DNA of 64,000 nt from Patescibacteria group bacterium. GTDB taxonomy: Bacteria; Patescibacteriota; Microgenomatia; UBA8517. Positions 40,238-51,117 of the stretch are shown in pieces. Made by a program: the position numbers and the translations under genes. Positions within the stretch are counted from its first letter, which is position 1. Each line of letters begins with the position of its first letter. The stretch is taken from the NCBI GenBank assembly GCA_026416845.1, contig JAOAEL010000007.1, positions 78 to 64,077 on the forward strand, read 5' to 3'. The notes beneath the pieces were generated by a model that made no database searches, was not told the DNA's origin, and worked only from the letters and a program-made list of their open reading frames with translations.

Positions 40238-41500
40238 ATGTTAAATGTTCAATTTATTCGCGAAAATCCTGAAAAAGTCAAGAAAGGAGTTTCAGATAAA
40301 CAGTATGATGCTTCTTTGGTAGATAAAGTTTTGGTTATTGATAAGAAAAGACGTCAGTTAATACAAGAACTGCAGGATCTTCGTACAAAAAGAAATTCAA
40401 TTGCGAATGCTGTGAAAAATTCAATTGATAAAAGCGAACTTGTCGAAGAAGGGAAAAAAGTTAAAGAAGCAATTCAATTAAAAGAATCAGAATTAGCAAA
40501 GCTGGAGGAAGAATTTTTTGAGATTATGAATCAGATTCCTAATCTTCCCGCTCCTGATGTTAAAGTTGGCAAAAATGATTCAGAGAACGAGGAAATCAAA
40601 AAGTGGGGGGATATACCGCAATTTGATTTTGAGCCACTTGATCATCTTAGATTGGGTGCAAATCTTGGTATAATCGATTTTGATTCTGGCGCAAAAGTTT
40701 CTGGATCTCAATTTTATTATCTTTTTGGAGATGGTGCTCTTTTGGAACTTGCTTTAGTGCATTATGCTTTTGAAAATCTTATAAAAGAGGGTTTTGTGCC
40801 GGCGATTACGCCGGATTTGGCAAAATCAAGGTATTATCTAGGCACAGGATATCTTCCCAAAGGAGATGAAGCTCAAACTTATACTATAGAAGGTCAAGAT
40901 TTGGGACTTATTGCTACTGCGGAAGTAACTCTTGCTGGCAAGCACGCTGATGAGGTAATTCTGGAGCAAAATTTGCCAATCAAGTACGTAGGTTACTCGC
41001 ATGCTTTCAGGCAAGAAGCTGGCGCATACGGAAAGTACTCAAAAGGTTTATATCGTGTCCACCAGTTCACAAAAGTTGAGATGTTTATTTATTGCACTCC
41101 TTCTGAGTCAAACAAAATGCATGATTATTTGTTGGAATTAGAAGAAAAGCTTTATCAAGGCTTGGGATTACCTTATAGAGTTATCAAACAATGCACTGGC
41201 GATTTGGGAGCAATGGCGGCAAGAAAATATGATATAGAAGTTTGGATGCCGGGTAGAAATGATTATGGAGAAGTTACATCTACATCAAATTGTACAGATT
41301 ATCAAGCAAGGAACTTAAATATCAAGTACAGGACAAAAAATGGCAAAAATGAGTATATTCATATGCTCAATGGTACGGCTATTGCCGTATCCAGAACAAT
41401 AATTGCAATCTTAGAAAATTATCAGCAAAAAGATGGCTCTGTTTTGATTCCCAAAGCGCTTCAAAAGTGGATGGGCAAAGATAGGATAGTTGCAATCTAA
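40238..41500 (+). CDS. serS: Serine--tRNA ligase
   Basis: LIATAE, FRQEAG, GLYRVHQF, SNCTDYQAR, LNGTA. Confidence 0.97.
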   Translation: MLNVQFIRENPEKVKKGVSDKQYDASLVDKVLVIDKKRRQLIQELQDLRTKRNSIANAVKNSIDKSELVEEGKKVKEAIQLKESELAKLEEEFFEIMNQIPNLPAPDVKVGKNDSENEEIKKWGDIPQFDFEPLDHLRLGANLGIIDFDSGAKVSGSQFYYLFGDGALLELALVHYAFENLIKEGFVPAITPDLAKSRYYLGTGYLPKGDEAQTYTIEGQDLGLIATAEVTLAGKHADEVILEQNLPIKYVGYSHAFRQEAGAYGKYSKGLYRVHQFTKVEMFIYCTPSESNKMHDYLLELEEKLYQGLGLPYRVIKQCTGDLGAMAARKYDIEVWMPGRNDYGEVTSTSNCTDYQARNLNIKYRTKNGKNEYIHMLNGTAIAVSRTIIAILENYQQKDGSVLIPKALQKWMGKDRIVAI

Positions 41501-41541
41501 ATTTTACTTTGAGAAATTGACTTTTTCGGTTTTTTGATTTG

Positions 41542-42096
41542 CTAAAATTGTTTTTCTCTGCTAGTTGTTGAGCTTTTTGTTGTTGCTCTTCCTCCTTGCC
41601 ATTGTCCATGATAAGTTCGTACTGCTTTTCCTTTGATTTCCACAAAATAAATTTGCGCAAATCTGGCTCCAAGTTCTATTTCAGCAGGTTTGGCGTTATG
41701 GTTAATTAGTCCAAAATAAAGCTCTCCCTGATATCCCGGATCTATCATCCCAGTTCTTAGCATTATTCCTGAACGCAAGAGTGTTGATCTTGGCAATACC
41801 ATTGCCGCTATGTTTTCGGGCATGTTAACTTTTTCAATTGTTTTTACCAAGTAATAGACGTTTGGTTTAAATAAAAAACTTGACCTTTTATTTTTGTCAA
41901 AAATAGCGACTTCTCGCAGATCTGGGGTTTCTCGTTCTTCAATGCCTAAAAACAAACTTCCATCAAGTTCATATACTCTGTCAAGTTGTAAATCAAAAAC
42001 ACATCCCACTGGCGACTCCATGTCCCGTTTTGATAGTCCGGATATTAAATTGCGCTTTTTAATTAATTTTTTCAGTTCCGAATGACCAAGTATCAT
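41542..42096 (-). CDS. dCTP deaminase/dUTPase family protein
   Basis: PRSTLLRSG, IDPGYQG, RFAQI, YHGQWQG. Confidence 0.85.
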   Translation of the reverse strand: MILGHSELKKLIKKRNLISGLSKRDMESPVGCVFDLQLDRVYELDGSLFLGIEERETPDLREVAIFDKNKRSSFLFKPNVYYLVKTIEKVNMPENIAAMVLPRSTLLRSGIMLRTGMIDPGYQGELYFGLINHNAKPAEIELGARFAQIYFVEIKGKAVRTYHGQWQGGRATTKSSTTSREKQF

Positions 42097-42099
42097 AAT

Positions 42100-43266
42100 T
42101 TATTTATAATACTTTTTACCTTTTAATTTTTCAGGTAGCAAGTTTTCTTGATTGTACATTTTATAATCTTTTCCATAGCCTAAGTTTTTCATTAGTTTTG
42201 TTGGAGCGTTTCTGAGTTTAAGTGGTATAGGAAGGTTGCCGTGTTTTCTAACATCGCTTAGCGCTGATTGCAAACCTTCGTATGCGCTTCTATCTTTTTT
42301 GGCTGTCGCAAGATAAATAGCTCCATGAGCAAGATTGATGGCGCATTCAGGGTATCCTATTGTCTCGCATGCGCGAAAAACTTCATTTGCAACAACAAGC
42401 GCGGTTGGTTGCGCCATGCCTATATCTTCTGAAGCAAAAATAATCATTCGCCTTGCAATATAAAGCGGATCTTGTTCTGCTGATACCATTCTAGCCAAAT
42501 AATAAAGCGCCGCAGATGGATTTGATGCTCTCATACTCTTTATGAATGCGGAAATTGTGTTATAGTAATCCTCCCCCTTTTTGTCAAAAGTATACTGAGG
42601 TTTTTGCAGTGCTTGTTCAATGTGATTTATGGATATTTGAGAGTCATTAGTAAGATTTGATGCGATTTCCAAAACGTTAAGTAGCGTTCTGGCGTCTCCA
42701 TTTGAACTTTCAATTAGAAATTCTTTGGCGTTTTTCTCTATTTGGCATTTTAGTTTATCAAGGGCTTTATTTAGGATTTTTGACAAATCGTTTTTACCAA
42801 GTTGAGTAAGAGTTATAACGCGGCACCTTGATAATAATGGTCCAATCACTTCAAAACTTGGGTTTTCAGTTGTTGCCCCGATCAGAATAATCTTGCCTTT
42901 TTCAATATATGGCAGAAGTTTGTCTTGTTGTGCTTTGTTGAATCTATGAATTTCATCAATGAAAACAATTGGAGCTTGGCTTGTTTTATCTAAAGAGTTT
43001 ACAAGCTGTTGTATGTCACGACTTGAAGTGTTTACTGCCGAGAATTCATGAAATTCCCGATTTAGCTCGCTTGCTATAATTCTTGCAAGAGTTGTTTTTC
43101 CACTACCAACTGGCCCCCATAATATGATAGATGGAAAAAATTTTGTAGATTTTGAGTTTTTAATAAGCGTGTCGATCAATCCTCCCTTGCCAATTAAATG
43201 TTCTTGCCCTACATAATCTTTTAGGCGTTTAGGGCGCATTATTTCATACAAAGGAAATTTTCTCAT
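42100..43266 (-). CDS. rarA: Replication-associated recombination protein A
   Basis: WGPVGSGKTT, DEIHRFNKAQQD, ATTENPSF, ASEDIG. Confidence 0.95.
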   Translation of the reverse strand: MRKFPLYEIMRPKRLKDYVGQEHLIGKGGLIDTLIKNSKSTKFFPSIILWGPVGSGKTTLARIIASELNREFHEFSAVNTSSRDIQQLVNSLDKTSQAPIVFIDEIHRFNKAQQDKLLPYIEKGKIILIGATTENPSFEVIGPLLSRCRVITLTQLGKNDLSKILNKALDKLKCQIEKNAKEFLIESSNGDARTLLNVLEIASNLTNDSQISINHIEQALQKPQYTFDKKGEDYYNTISAFIKSMRASNPSAALYYLARMVSAEQDPLYIARRMIIFASEDIGMAQPTALVVANEVFRACETIGYPECAINLAHGAIYLATAKKDRSAYEGLQSALSDVRKHGNLPIPLKLRNAPTKLMKNLGYGKDYKMYNQENLLPEKLKGKKYYK

Positions 43267-43405
43267 AAATTGATATTTAAGTATAAATTTGTATTTGAAG
43301 CAATCAAGATATTCTCTAATTTTTATTTTTCGTGATAATTAAGAATCAGATTTTTGTAAAATAGCAAAAAACTTTTGTAATTATTTGATTTTTGGTTTGA
43401 ATTAA

Positions 43406-44359
43406 TTATTTTAGTCCGAACTCTTGTTTGCGGGAGTCTCTTAAACGATAAAGTTCTATTATTCCTATGTTATTTTGATAGTCTGGAGTTCCAGGATAAT
43501 TTCTGTCTTTTAGTAGTCCACGAAAAAAATAATCTGCAACAGTATTATGTCTAAAAGTGGTCATTAGCCAGCCTATATCTTCTGCTGTTGCATTATAATA
43601 AGATGCTAATTCTTTCAGTTCTTCTTTTTCAAATATTTCGTTTAATGCTAAAATTCTATAACACAGATGTACTCCACGGACTCTAGGTGTACGAAAATAA
43701 TTTTCTATAGCTTGTTTAGAGGCAGCGACCAAAGCATATTCTATAGGCCAATTGTAGTTGAGATGATCTGAAGTAGTGCTAAGTGACATTTTCGAACCAC
43801 TATATCCAGCATCATCAATTCCGACAAAAGTTCCTGTTGGGTTTAATTCGAAGAAATTGATAATTTCATCTATGCTTAATTTTCTGCTCATTTTCCACCA
43901 AAGTTTTATATTTTGATATTCCTTTAACAAATCCAAATTGTCTATTGTGTGTTTAATTTCTAAAGGGCTTATACCTGTAGGAGGTGTAGATAGTATGATG
44001 GGTTTTTGACAATGTTGATCAATGCTTGCTATTAATTTAATTAATGATTGTATATACCTTAGTTTTGAGATGAAATGGACATTTTGTAGCAATTTTTCCA
44101 ATATTTCTCTTGATCTTCCTTGTTTTTGCCAAAACATTCTGAAATTTTCTATGTTTTCTTCATTGTTGCCCATCCAATTAGGATCTTCAAAAATATTTGG
44201 CGGGGTTGGTAGTTTTGATAATTCTTCAACTGTTTCTATTCTGTAAGCTTCTATTTGTAATTTTTTTTCTTCTGGTCTAGATTGTAAATCGTCTTGATTG
44301 GCTTCTGAGTTTTTCCCCCTTTTTTTTATTATTTCTTGTATTCTAGTTATCCATTCCAT
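43406..44359 (-). CDS. Hypothetical protein with a PRTase-like PRPP-binding motif
   Basis: FVGIDDAGYSGSK at residues 178-190. Confidence 0.55.
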   Translation of the reverse strand: MEWITRIQEIIKKRGKNSEANQDDLQSRPEEKKLQIEAYRIETVEELSKLPTPPNIFEDPNWMGNNEENIENFRMFWQKQGRSREILEKLLQNVHFISKLRYIQSLIKLIASIDQHCQKPIILSTPPTGISPLEIKHTIDNLDLLKEYQNIKLWWKMSRKLSIDEIINFFELNPTGTFVGIDDAGYSGSKMSLSTTSDHLNYNWPIEYALVAASKQAIENYFRTPRVRGVHLCYRILALNEIFEKEELKELASYYNATAEDIGWLMTTFRHNTVADYFFRGLLKDRNYPGTPDYQNNIGIIELYRLRDSRKQEFGLK

Positions 44360-44509
44360 CTCGTATCTTGTTTTTCTTAACTGTACAAAAAAATTGTAAC
44401 ATATTTATTGTGTGATGAAAGGTTGGTTTTGTATTTTTTCACCTTGCAGAGGGTTAGATTTATTAAAATTAAAATAAAAATTTAAGGTTTAGTTGTTAAA
44501 TAAACATTT

Positions 44510-46319
44510 ATGAAACGGATAAAAGAATTTTCTTTCACTTTTTGGGCAGTTTTAAAAATAGCCGGCAGAGTTAACAGGCCGTTTTTGATAGGAGTGATTT
44601 TAACTAATGCTTTTTGGGGATTATTGTCATTGCCCGCCTTTTATTTGAACAAGCTTTTAATTGATGAAGTTTTGGAAAATATAGGAAATCCCACTTGGCA
44701 ATTAGGTATTAATTTTATAATTTTTTTGATAATTGCAAGATTATTCATAGAATTTTTACAAAATGTTTTATCGGGAGCAAGTCAGTTTTTGAAAGAAATT
44801 TTTTCAAATTTGCTTTACGACTATTTTGAACGTTCTTTCTCTGCAAAATTATCAGAACTTGACATAGCTACTGTCGATGATCCGGAATTTAAAAACAAGT
44901 TTGAAAAAATACAACGCGAAGGTAACCGTCGTTTGTGGGGGTTATTATCGCCATTGTCAGATATTCCAAACTATTTAGTTGGCTTTTTGTCCTCGATTTT
45001 TGTTTTGTTCTTTCTATCTCCTATTGCGGTGTTTGCTGTTGTATTGGTTTCTATTCCTGAGTTCTTTACTAATTCGCGGATTGTCAAAAAACGTTACGAT
45101 TTGGCAAACCGAATGGCTCCAATTTATAAACTTATGGGATGGCTTAATTATTACCTCATAAGAAACAGGAATTTCATGGAATTGAAAATCTTAAATCTTA
45201 CCCCCTTTCTAACTGAAAAATTAAAGAATGCTCAAGAAATTTGTCAAAAAGAAGAAATTGCTTTGAATGTGGAGCAACAAAAATTGCAAGTTTTAACTAT
45301 GATTCCTTTTACCATTTTGCAAATTTTTATGTCTGTTTGGTTAGTTGTTCTTACCTTAACCCAAAAGATAACTGTTGGTTCATTGCAATTTTATTTATCA
45401 ACTTTGGTCAATGCTCAAAGGAATCTTGCTTCTTTGGCAAATTCATTTGTTGCAGTTTATGAAAATTACATTTATGTCCTTATGTTAAGGATTTTATGTG
45501 GTTTATGTCTCTTAAGCCTTTAATTGATGATTCCAGAAAAGGTGTCATTCCTCAAGATGGGGAGTTGGTTATTAAGTTTACCGATGTATGGTTTAGGTAT
45601 AGAAAAAATCAGAAATCGATATTAAAAAATGTTAATTTTGAACTCAAGCAAGGAGAAAAAATTGCGATTGTGGGAGAAAATGGCGCAGGAAAATCAACTC
45701 TGATAAAACTTATTTCAAGATTTTATGACCCGCAAAAAGGCAAGATTACAGTAAATGGTGTCGATCTAAAGGAAATTGATTTAGCTTGGTGGAGAGGCAA
45801 GCTTGCGGTGATTTATCAGGATTTTGAGCAATATCCTTTTACCGCAAAGGAGTTCATTGGTTATGGATATGTTTCGGAATTGTCAAATTTGGAAAAAATT
45901 GTTTCGGTTGCTAAGAAAACAGGAATTCACAAGTACATTAATACTCTTGCAAAAAATACGACACTCCTTTAGCGCCTGATTTTGAAGGTGGAATAAATCT
46001 TTCTGCTGGTCAGTGGCAAAGTATTGGGATAGCAAGAATGTTGTTTAGGGAGAAATCCCAGTTTGTCATCATGGATGAACCTACAAGCAATGTGGATCCA
46101 GAAGCTGAAGAGAATATATTTAATGAGCTTGCTAAACTTTCAAGCGATAAAATACTTATATTTGTTACCCAAAGATTTTCTACAGTGAGAATTGCGGATA
46201 GAATCTTTGTTTTGGAAGGAGGAAAGATAATAGAGCAGGGAACACATCAAGAACTAATGGAACTTGATGGAAAATACAAAAAACTGTACTTACTGCAAAC
46301 CAAAGCTTATAATCATTGA
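44510..46319 (+). pseudogene. ABC transporter (fused TMD-NBD exporter) interrupted by two frameshifts
   Basis: TMD 44510-45480, Walker A GENGAGKS, LSAGQWQ signature, MDEPTS; 8-nt insertion near 45478 and an A6 run at 45951-56 that needs A7. Confidence 0.85.
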
Positions 46320-46327
46320 GAATTAAA

Positions 46328-46981
46328 ATGGCAACCTTGTCGGATATTTTAACAGGCAAAAAAGTTCTGGAGAAAACCAATTCTAAGTACAATGGCGAGA
46401 TTACCGTGATTTACGATTTTGTCTTTGGCACTCATATAAAAGTTGGTGGACTTACACAGTCAGGAAAATTAATTAAAGAAATTTGGACAACTGCAATAAA
46501 AAAATCAAAAGTAAACAGGTTAAGTTTCAAAAGTGGATTGTTGCTTGGTCTTGGTGGTGGGTCTGTAGTTCATGTATGGAAGCGATTTTGGCCTGAGATG
46601 AAAATTGTTGGAGTTGATATAGACGCAAAGATGGTAGAGATGGGAGAAAAGTATATGAAACTTAACACGAAAGAGATGGAAGTAATGATTTCGGACGCTT
46701 TTGATGCTATAGTCAATTTAAAATTGCAATGCAAAGTCTTTGGTTTGATTGGTGTGGATTTGTATTTTGGGGACTGTTATCCAGATAAATTTGATAATGA
46801 AGAATTTCCGAAACTTTTAAAATCGCTTTTAGTAGAGAATGGTGTGGTGGTGTTTAACAGATTGTATTACGGAGATAAACGCCCAAGTTCTGCAAAATTT
46901 GGTAGAATACTTGAAAGTGTGTTTAATAAGGTTGATGTTGTTTATCCTGAGGCTAATGTGATGTTTGTTTGCAGTAATTAA
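46328..46981 (+). CDS. Spermidine-synthase-like SAM-dependent methyltransferase
   Basis: LLGLGGGS, VDID, DAF, VDLY, NGVVVFN; start uncertain (46316 or 46328). Confidence 0.78.
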   Translation: MATLSDILTGKKVLEKTNSKYNGEITVIYDFVFGTHIKVGGLTQSGKLIKEIWTTAIKKSKVNRLSFKSGLLLGLGGGSVVHVWKRFWPEMKIVGVDIDAKMVEMGEKYMKLNTKEMEVMISDAFDAIVNLKLQCKVFGLIGVDLYFGDCYPDKFDNEEFPKLLKSLLVENGVVVFNRLYYGDKRPSSAKFGRILESVFNKVDVVYPEANVMFVCSN

Positions 46982-46994
46982 TAATCAAATATTT

Positions 46995-47486
46995 ATGAAA
47001 GAGAGTTATCAGAGGCTAGTTGATTTAGGTATTCTTGAACCAAATCAATTGTTATTGTTGGCATGGAAAGATGCTTATCCTGATTTTTACAGAATTTATT
47101 TGATTGAGAGACAAAATCAACATTGTGAGTATGAATCATTCCCTATAGGAATTGATAGATTGCAAATTTTTGTTTCATATAACACCAATCCATTGCCTAG
47201 AGTTGGAGCAAGAGTTGAAAATGAAATTGGATCGCCAACAACGATTGCTGATTTTGGTGCAATTACAGGTGCTAAAAATTGGCTTGAAGATTTGGAAAGG
47301 AACAATGTTGCTCATCCTTTTGTTAGATTTGTTAATGGCTTTCGAGTTTTGCAAAGTTCTGCTTTGTATTTGCCTCAAAACTTAATTTACATTGCAAAAC
47401 ACTTTAATAGAGGTGGAGAAGTTTTGTTGCTTGGTGCCAATTCAAATGATAATTGCCCAAAATTAAATACTAGTTTAATTGTTTAA
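46995..47486 (+). CDS. Hypothetical protein
   Basis: ORF from ATG 46995; no recognised motif. Confidence 0.5.
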   Translation: MKESYQRLVDLGILEPNQLLLLAWKDAYPDFYRIYLIERQNQHCEYESFPIGIDRLQIFVSYNTNPLPRVGARVENEIGSPTTIADFGAITGAKNWLEDLERNNVAHPFVRFVNGFRVLQSSALYLPQNLIYIAKHFNRGGEVLLLGANSNDNCPKLNTSLIV

Positions 47487-47502
47487 TTAAAGCTTTTTCC
47501 CC

Positions 47503-48027
47503 TTAATTTTTAAACAAAATTGCAACTCCTATTGCAATCAAAATTGCAGGCCAAATTCTTTCGAAGTCAATTTTGCCTAGAATGCCAAAGTTAGAAAGCA
47601 AAAAGACTACGCCGACAAATATTAGTATAAATCCAAATACTTGTTTTGAATTTCTTTTTTGAACAGCCTGGTTAAATTTATTAGTTAATTCTTGAGCTTT
47701 TGAGTGCATTTCTAATGCATTATCTTGAATATCCTTATTGGTGAGAATTAAGTTATTAGAATTATAGCTTGGCAGTATTATCCATAAAATGATGTATATG
47801 AGAAATCCTGATCCTCCAAAAAAACAAAGAAAGATAAATATAATTCTCACAATTGTTGGATCAACATCAAAAAACTCTGCCAATCCTCCGCAAACACCCC
47901 CCAAGATCTTGTTGGTTTCAGATCTATAAAGTCTTTTGATGTGTTGGTCATCTTTATTAATTTTATTGATTTTTTCTTTTGTGTTGTTTTCTGTTGAATT
48001 GATTTTCTTTGATTTTTTGACTGCCAT
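47503..48027 (-). CDS. PspC-domain membrane protein with C-terminal LiaF/DUF5668-like TM hairpin
   Basis: RLYRS..KILGGVCGGLAEFFDVDPTIVR; C-terminal GFILI..G...WPAILI. Confidence 0.88.
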   Translation of the reverse strand: MAVKKSKKINSTENNTKEKINKINKDDQHIKRLYRSETNKILGGVCGGLAEFFDVDPTIVRIIFIFLCFFGGSGFLIYIILWIILPSYNSNNLILTNKDIQDNALEMHSKAQELTNKFNQAVQKRNSKQVFGFILIFVGVVFLLSNFGILGKIDFERIWPAILIAIGVAILFKN

Positions 48028-48136
48028 ATCGTGTTTACATATTTTACTTTTTGAAATTAAATTTTCCAATTGATATGTTAGCGTACTATTGTGCTATTAA
48101 TCAAATGTAGTTTCTGTTAGAATCTATTCTTGACTT

Positions 48137-50914
48137 ATGCTTAAATTTTTCACAAAACTTCTTGATCTTAACGAAAAAGAAATCTCAAAATTAAGAAAAG
48201 TTGTTGATAAAATAAACTCGCTTGAAGATAAAGTAAGAAAACTTAAGGACAAGGAGTTTCCCAAAGAAACTCAAAATTTGAGAAAAAACGTAAAAGATGG
48301 TGAAATTTTAGAAAATATTTTGCCGTACGCTTTTGCTCTTGTTAGAGAAGCTTCAAGACGCGCTTTAGGCAAAAGACACTATGATGTTCAGTTAATGGCA
48401 GCGGTAGCTCTTTTTCAAGGAAAGGTTGTTGAGCAAAAAACAGGTGAAGGAAAAACTTTGTCGGCTGTTCCTGCTTTGTATTTGAGATCGCTTACAGGCA
48501 AAAGTGTACATTTAGTTACTGTAAATGATTATCTTGCCAGACTTGGGGCAGGTTGGAATGGACCCATATTTGAATTCTTGGGATTAAGTGTTGGTGTTGT
48601 TATTCAGGAAAATAAATCTTTTATCTATGACAAGTCTTACTCAGATTATTCTCATGGAGATGAAAGATTATCGCATTTAAGGCCTGTTAGCAGGAAAGAA
48701 GCGTATCAGGCGGATGTGACTTATGGGACTAACAATGAATTTGGTTTTGATTATCTTAGGGACAATATGGTTAATTCTCTTGATCAAGTAGTCCAAAGAG
48801 ATCACTATTTTGCGATTGTTGACGAAGTTGACTCTGTTCTTATAGACGAGGCACGCACTCCTCTTATTATTTCAGCTCCAGATACTGATCCAACTGACAA
48901 ATATTACAAGTTTGCCGAGCTTGTTGAGAAACTTAATCCAGATACAGATTTCAAGGTTGACGAAAAATATAAGACAGCAACTCTTACAGAGCATGGAATT
49001 ACAAGAGTTGAAAAAATACTCGGTGTGGATAATTTATACGAAAGCGATTATGAGGCGATTCATCATATAGAGAATGCTTTGCGAGCGAAAACTTTGTTTC
49101 TAAGAAATAGAGATTATGTGGTTAAGGATAATTCAATAATTATAGTTGATGAATTTACTGGCAGGCTAATGGTTGGTAGGCGTTGGAGCGATGGCTTGCA
49201 CCAGGCTATTGAGGCAAAAGAAAAAGTTCCAATTCAACAGGAAAGCAAAACTTTGGCAACGATATCGTTTCAGAATTATTTTAGGCTATATGAAGTGCTT
49301 TCGGGTATGACAGGCACTGCCGCCACAGAAGCGGAGGAATTCAAAAAGATATACAAGTTGGATGTGGTGGTTATCCCCACTCACAAACAAATGATTCGAA
49401 AGGATATGCCTGATGTGATTTATAAAACGGTTAGAGCCAAATATAGCGCTATTGTTGACGAGGTGGAAAAAAGACGCAGTAAAGGTCAACCGGTTCTTAT
49501 AGGTACCACTTCAATAGAAAAAAATGAGATATTGGGTAGTCTTCTTAGACGAAAGAAAATTCCGCATAACATTTTGAACGCAAAAAATCACGAAAAGGAA
49601 GCTTTGGTTATAGCTGACGCGGGCAAACCGGGAGCTGTAACTGTTGCTACCAATATGGCCGGGCGCGGAGTGGATATAATTTTAGGCGGGGTAATTCCTG
49701 ACAAGCCTGAAGGGATGTCCCAAGAGCAATTTGAGAAATCTCAAGTGTACAAAAATTGGAAAGCAGAGCATGACAAAGTAGTAAAAGCTGGTGGGCTTCA
49801 TGTCATTGGTACTGAGAGACACGAATCAAGAAGGATAGACAATCAGTTGCGGGGACGCGCAGGGAGGCAAGGAGATCCAGGATCTTCCCAATTTTTTCTT
49901 TCTTTGGAAGATGATCTTCTACGTATATTTGGTGGGGATCAGATTAAGTCTATTATGGATAAACTAAAAATTGGTGAGAATGAATCTATAGAAAATAGCT
50001 TGATCTCCCGTGTTATAGAACAAGCGCAGATTAAAGTTGAGGGATTTCATTTTGATTCAAGAAAACATGTAGTTGAGTATGACGATGTTATAAATCGTCA
50101 ACGCGATTTTGTTTATAAACTTAGAAGGAAAGTTTTAGAGTCAGAGGATCTCTCAAATGAAATACAAGAAAAGCTTGATTCTCAAATAGACAAAATAGCT
50201 CTTATATCAACTCTGGAAAATGGATTCATAGATGTTGAGACTTTAGTGAATCGCTTTGTTGAAATAGTTCCGTTTGATGACCCATCCAGAAAAAGAATGA
50301 AGAAAGAAGTGGAAAAGAGATTACAAGATATTGATCTTGTTAAGGATTTACTTAAGAAAGCGGTGAGAGATGTAATTGATGCACGCAAAAAAGAAGTTGG
50401 CGAAAGTGTATTTAAACAAATTTGCAAAGTTTCGTATTTGTCATCAATTGACAAGCTATGGATAGAGCATATTGACACTTTGGATGATTTGAGAAACAGT
50501 GTAAGACTTCGCGCTTATGGGCAAAAAGATCCTTTAGTTGAATTCAAAAACGAAGCTTACATGCTTTTTGAGAATCTTTTGGAAAATATAGATTACGAAT
50601 TATCGCTTCGATTATTTAGAATACAGGCTTTGCAAATACCATTTGAACCTCCGCTTGGCGATGCAAAGACAAATTTTGATAATAATGATAATACCGGATT
50701 GATTGACGCGACTGCCGATTATGTCGCAAAACAAGGAATGCCTGTGTTTGAAACCAAGGAACAAAAAATTTTAGACAAGGCTTTGTCCGATAGCAGATTA
50801 GGCGATGCCGGCAAAAAACAATCTATTTCAAAAGCAAAAATTGGGCGCAACGATCCTTGCTGGTGTGGCAGTGGTAAGAAGTGGAAGTTTTGCCATTATC
50901 CTCAGAAAAGTTAA
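48137..50914 (+). CDS. secA: Preprotein translocase ATPase SecA
   Basis: KTGEGKT, VTVNDYLA, DEVDS, ATNMAGRG, QLRGRAGRQGDPG, SEC-C GRNDPCWCGSGKKWKFCH. Confidence 0.99.
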   Translation: MLKFFTKLLDLNEKEISKLRKVVDKINSLEDKVRKLKDKEFPKETQNLRKNVKDGEILENILPYAFALVREASRRALGKRHYDVQLMAAVALFQGKVVEQKTGEGKTLSAVPALYLRSLTGKSVHLVTVNDYLARLGAGWNGPIFEFLGLSVGVVIQENKSFIYDKSYSDYSHGDERLSHLRPVSRKEAYQADVTYGTNNEFGFDYLRDNMVNSLDQVVQRDHYFAIVDEVDSVLIDEARTPLIISAPDTDPTDKYYKFAELVEKLNPDTDFKVDEKYKTATLTEHGITRVEKILGVDNLYESDYEAIHHIENALRAKTLFLRNRDYVVKDNSIIIVDEFTGRLMVGRRWSDGLHQAIEAKEKVPIQQESKTLATISFQNYFRLYEVLSGMTGTAATEAEEFKKIYKLDVVVIPTHKQMIRKDMPDVIYKTVRAKYSAIVDEVEKRRSKGQPVLIGTTSIEKNEILGSLLRRKKIPHNILNAKNHEKEALVIADAGKPGAVTVATNMAGRGVDIILGGVIPDKPEGMSQEQFEKSQVYKNWKAEHDKVVKAGGLHVIGTERHESRRIDNQLRGRAGRQGDPGSSQFFLSLEDDLLRIFGGDQIKSIMDKLKIGENESIENSLISRVIEQAQIKVEGFHFDSRKHVVEYDDVINRQRDFVYKLRRKVLESEDLSNEIQEKLDSQIDKIALISTLENGFIDVETLVNRFVEIVPFDDPSRKRMKKEVEKRLQDIDLVKDLLKKAVRDVIDARKKEVGESVFKQICKVSYLSSIDKLWIEHIDTLDDLRNSVRLRAYGQKDPLVEFKNEAYMLFENLLENIDYELSLRLFRIQALQIPFEPPLGDAKTNFDNNDNTGLIDATADYVAKQGMPVFETKEQKILDKALSDSRLGDAGKKQSISKAKIGRNDPCWCGSGKKWKFCHYPQKS

Positions 50915-51117
50915 TCTAATTTTTTTATGTTTTTAAATATGTTTCGTGAAACTTAATTTTGATTCAGAAATGGTGATTATTTTTTTCAGGAGAATAATTT
51001 TATAAAATTTTTAAGTTTTTAGGTTGTAAATATTTGGTTTTAATTAATAACAAAAACACAAAAACCTTGATATTTTTTGATTTATTCAAACACTCACTAA
51101 ATTATTGCTTTAGTTTT

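Noticed and set aside
50940-50953. TGTTTCGTGAAAC palindrome after secA resembling parS
   Set aside because: Two central bases short of the 16-bp parS consensus TGTTTCACGTGAAACA; more likely chance or part of a terminator
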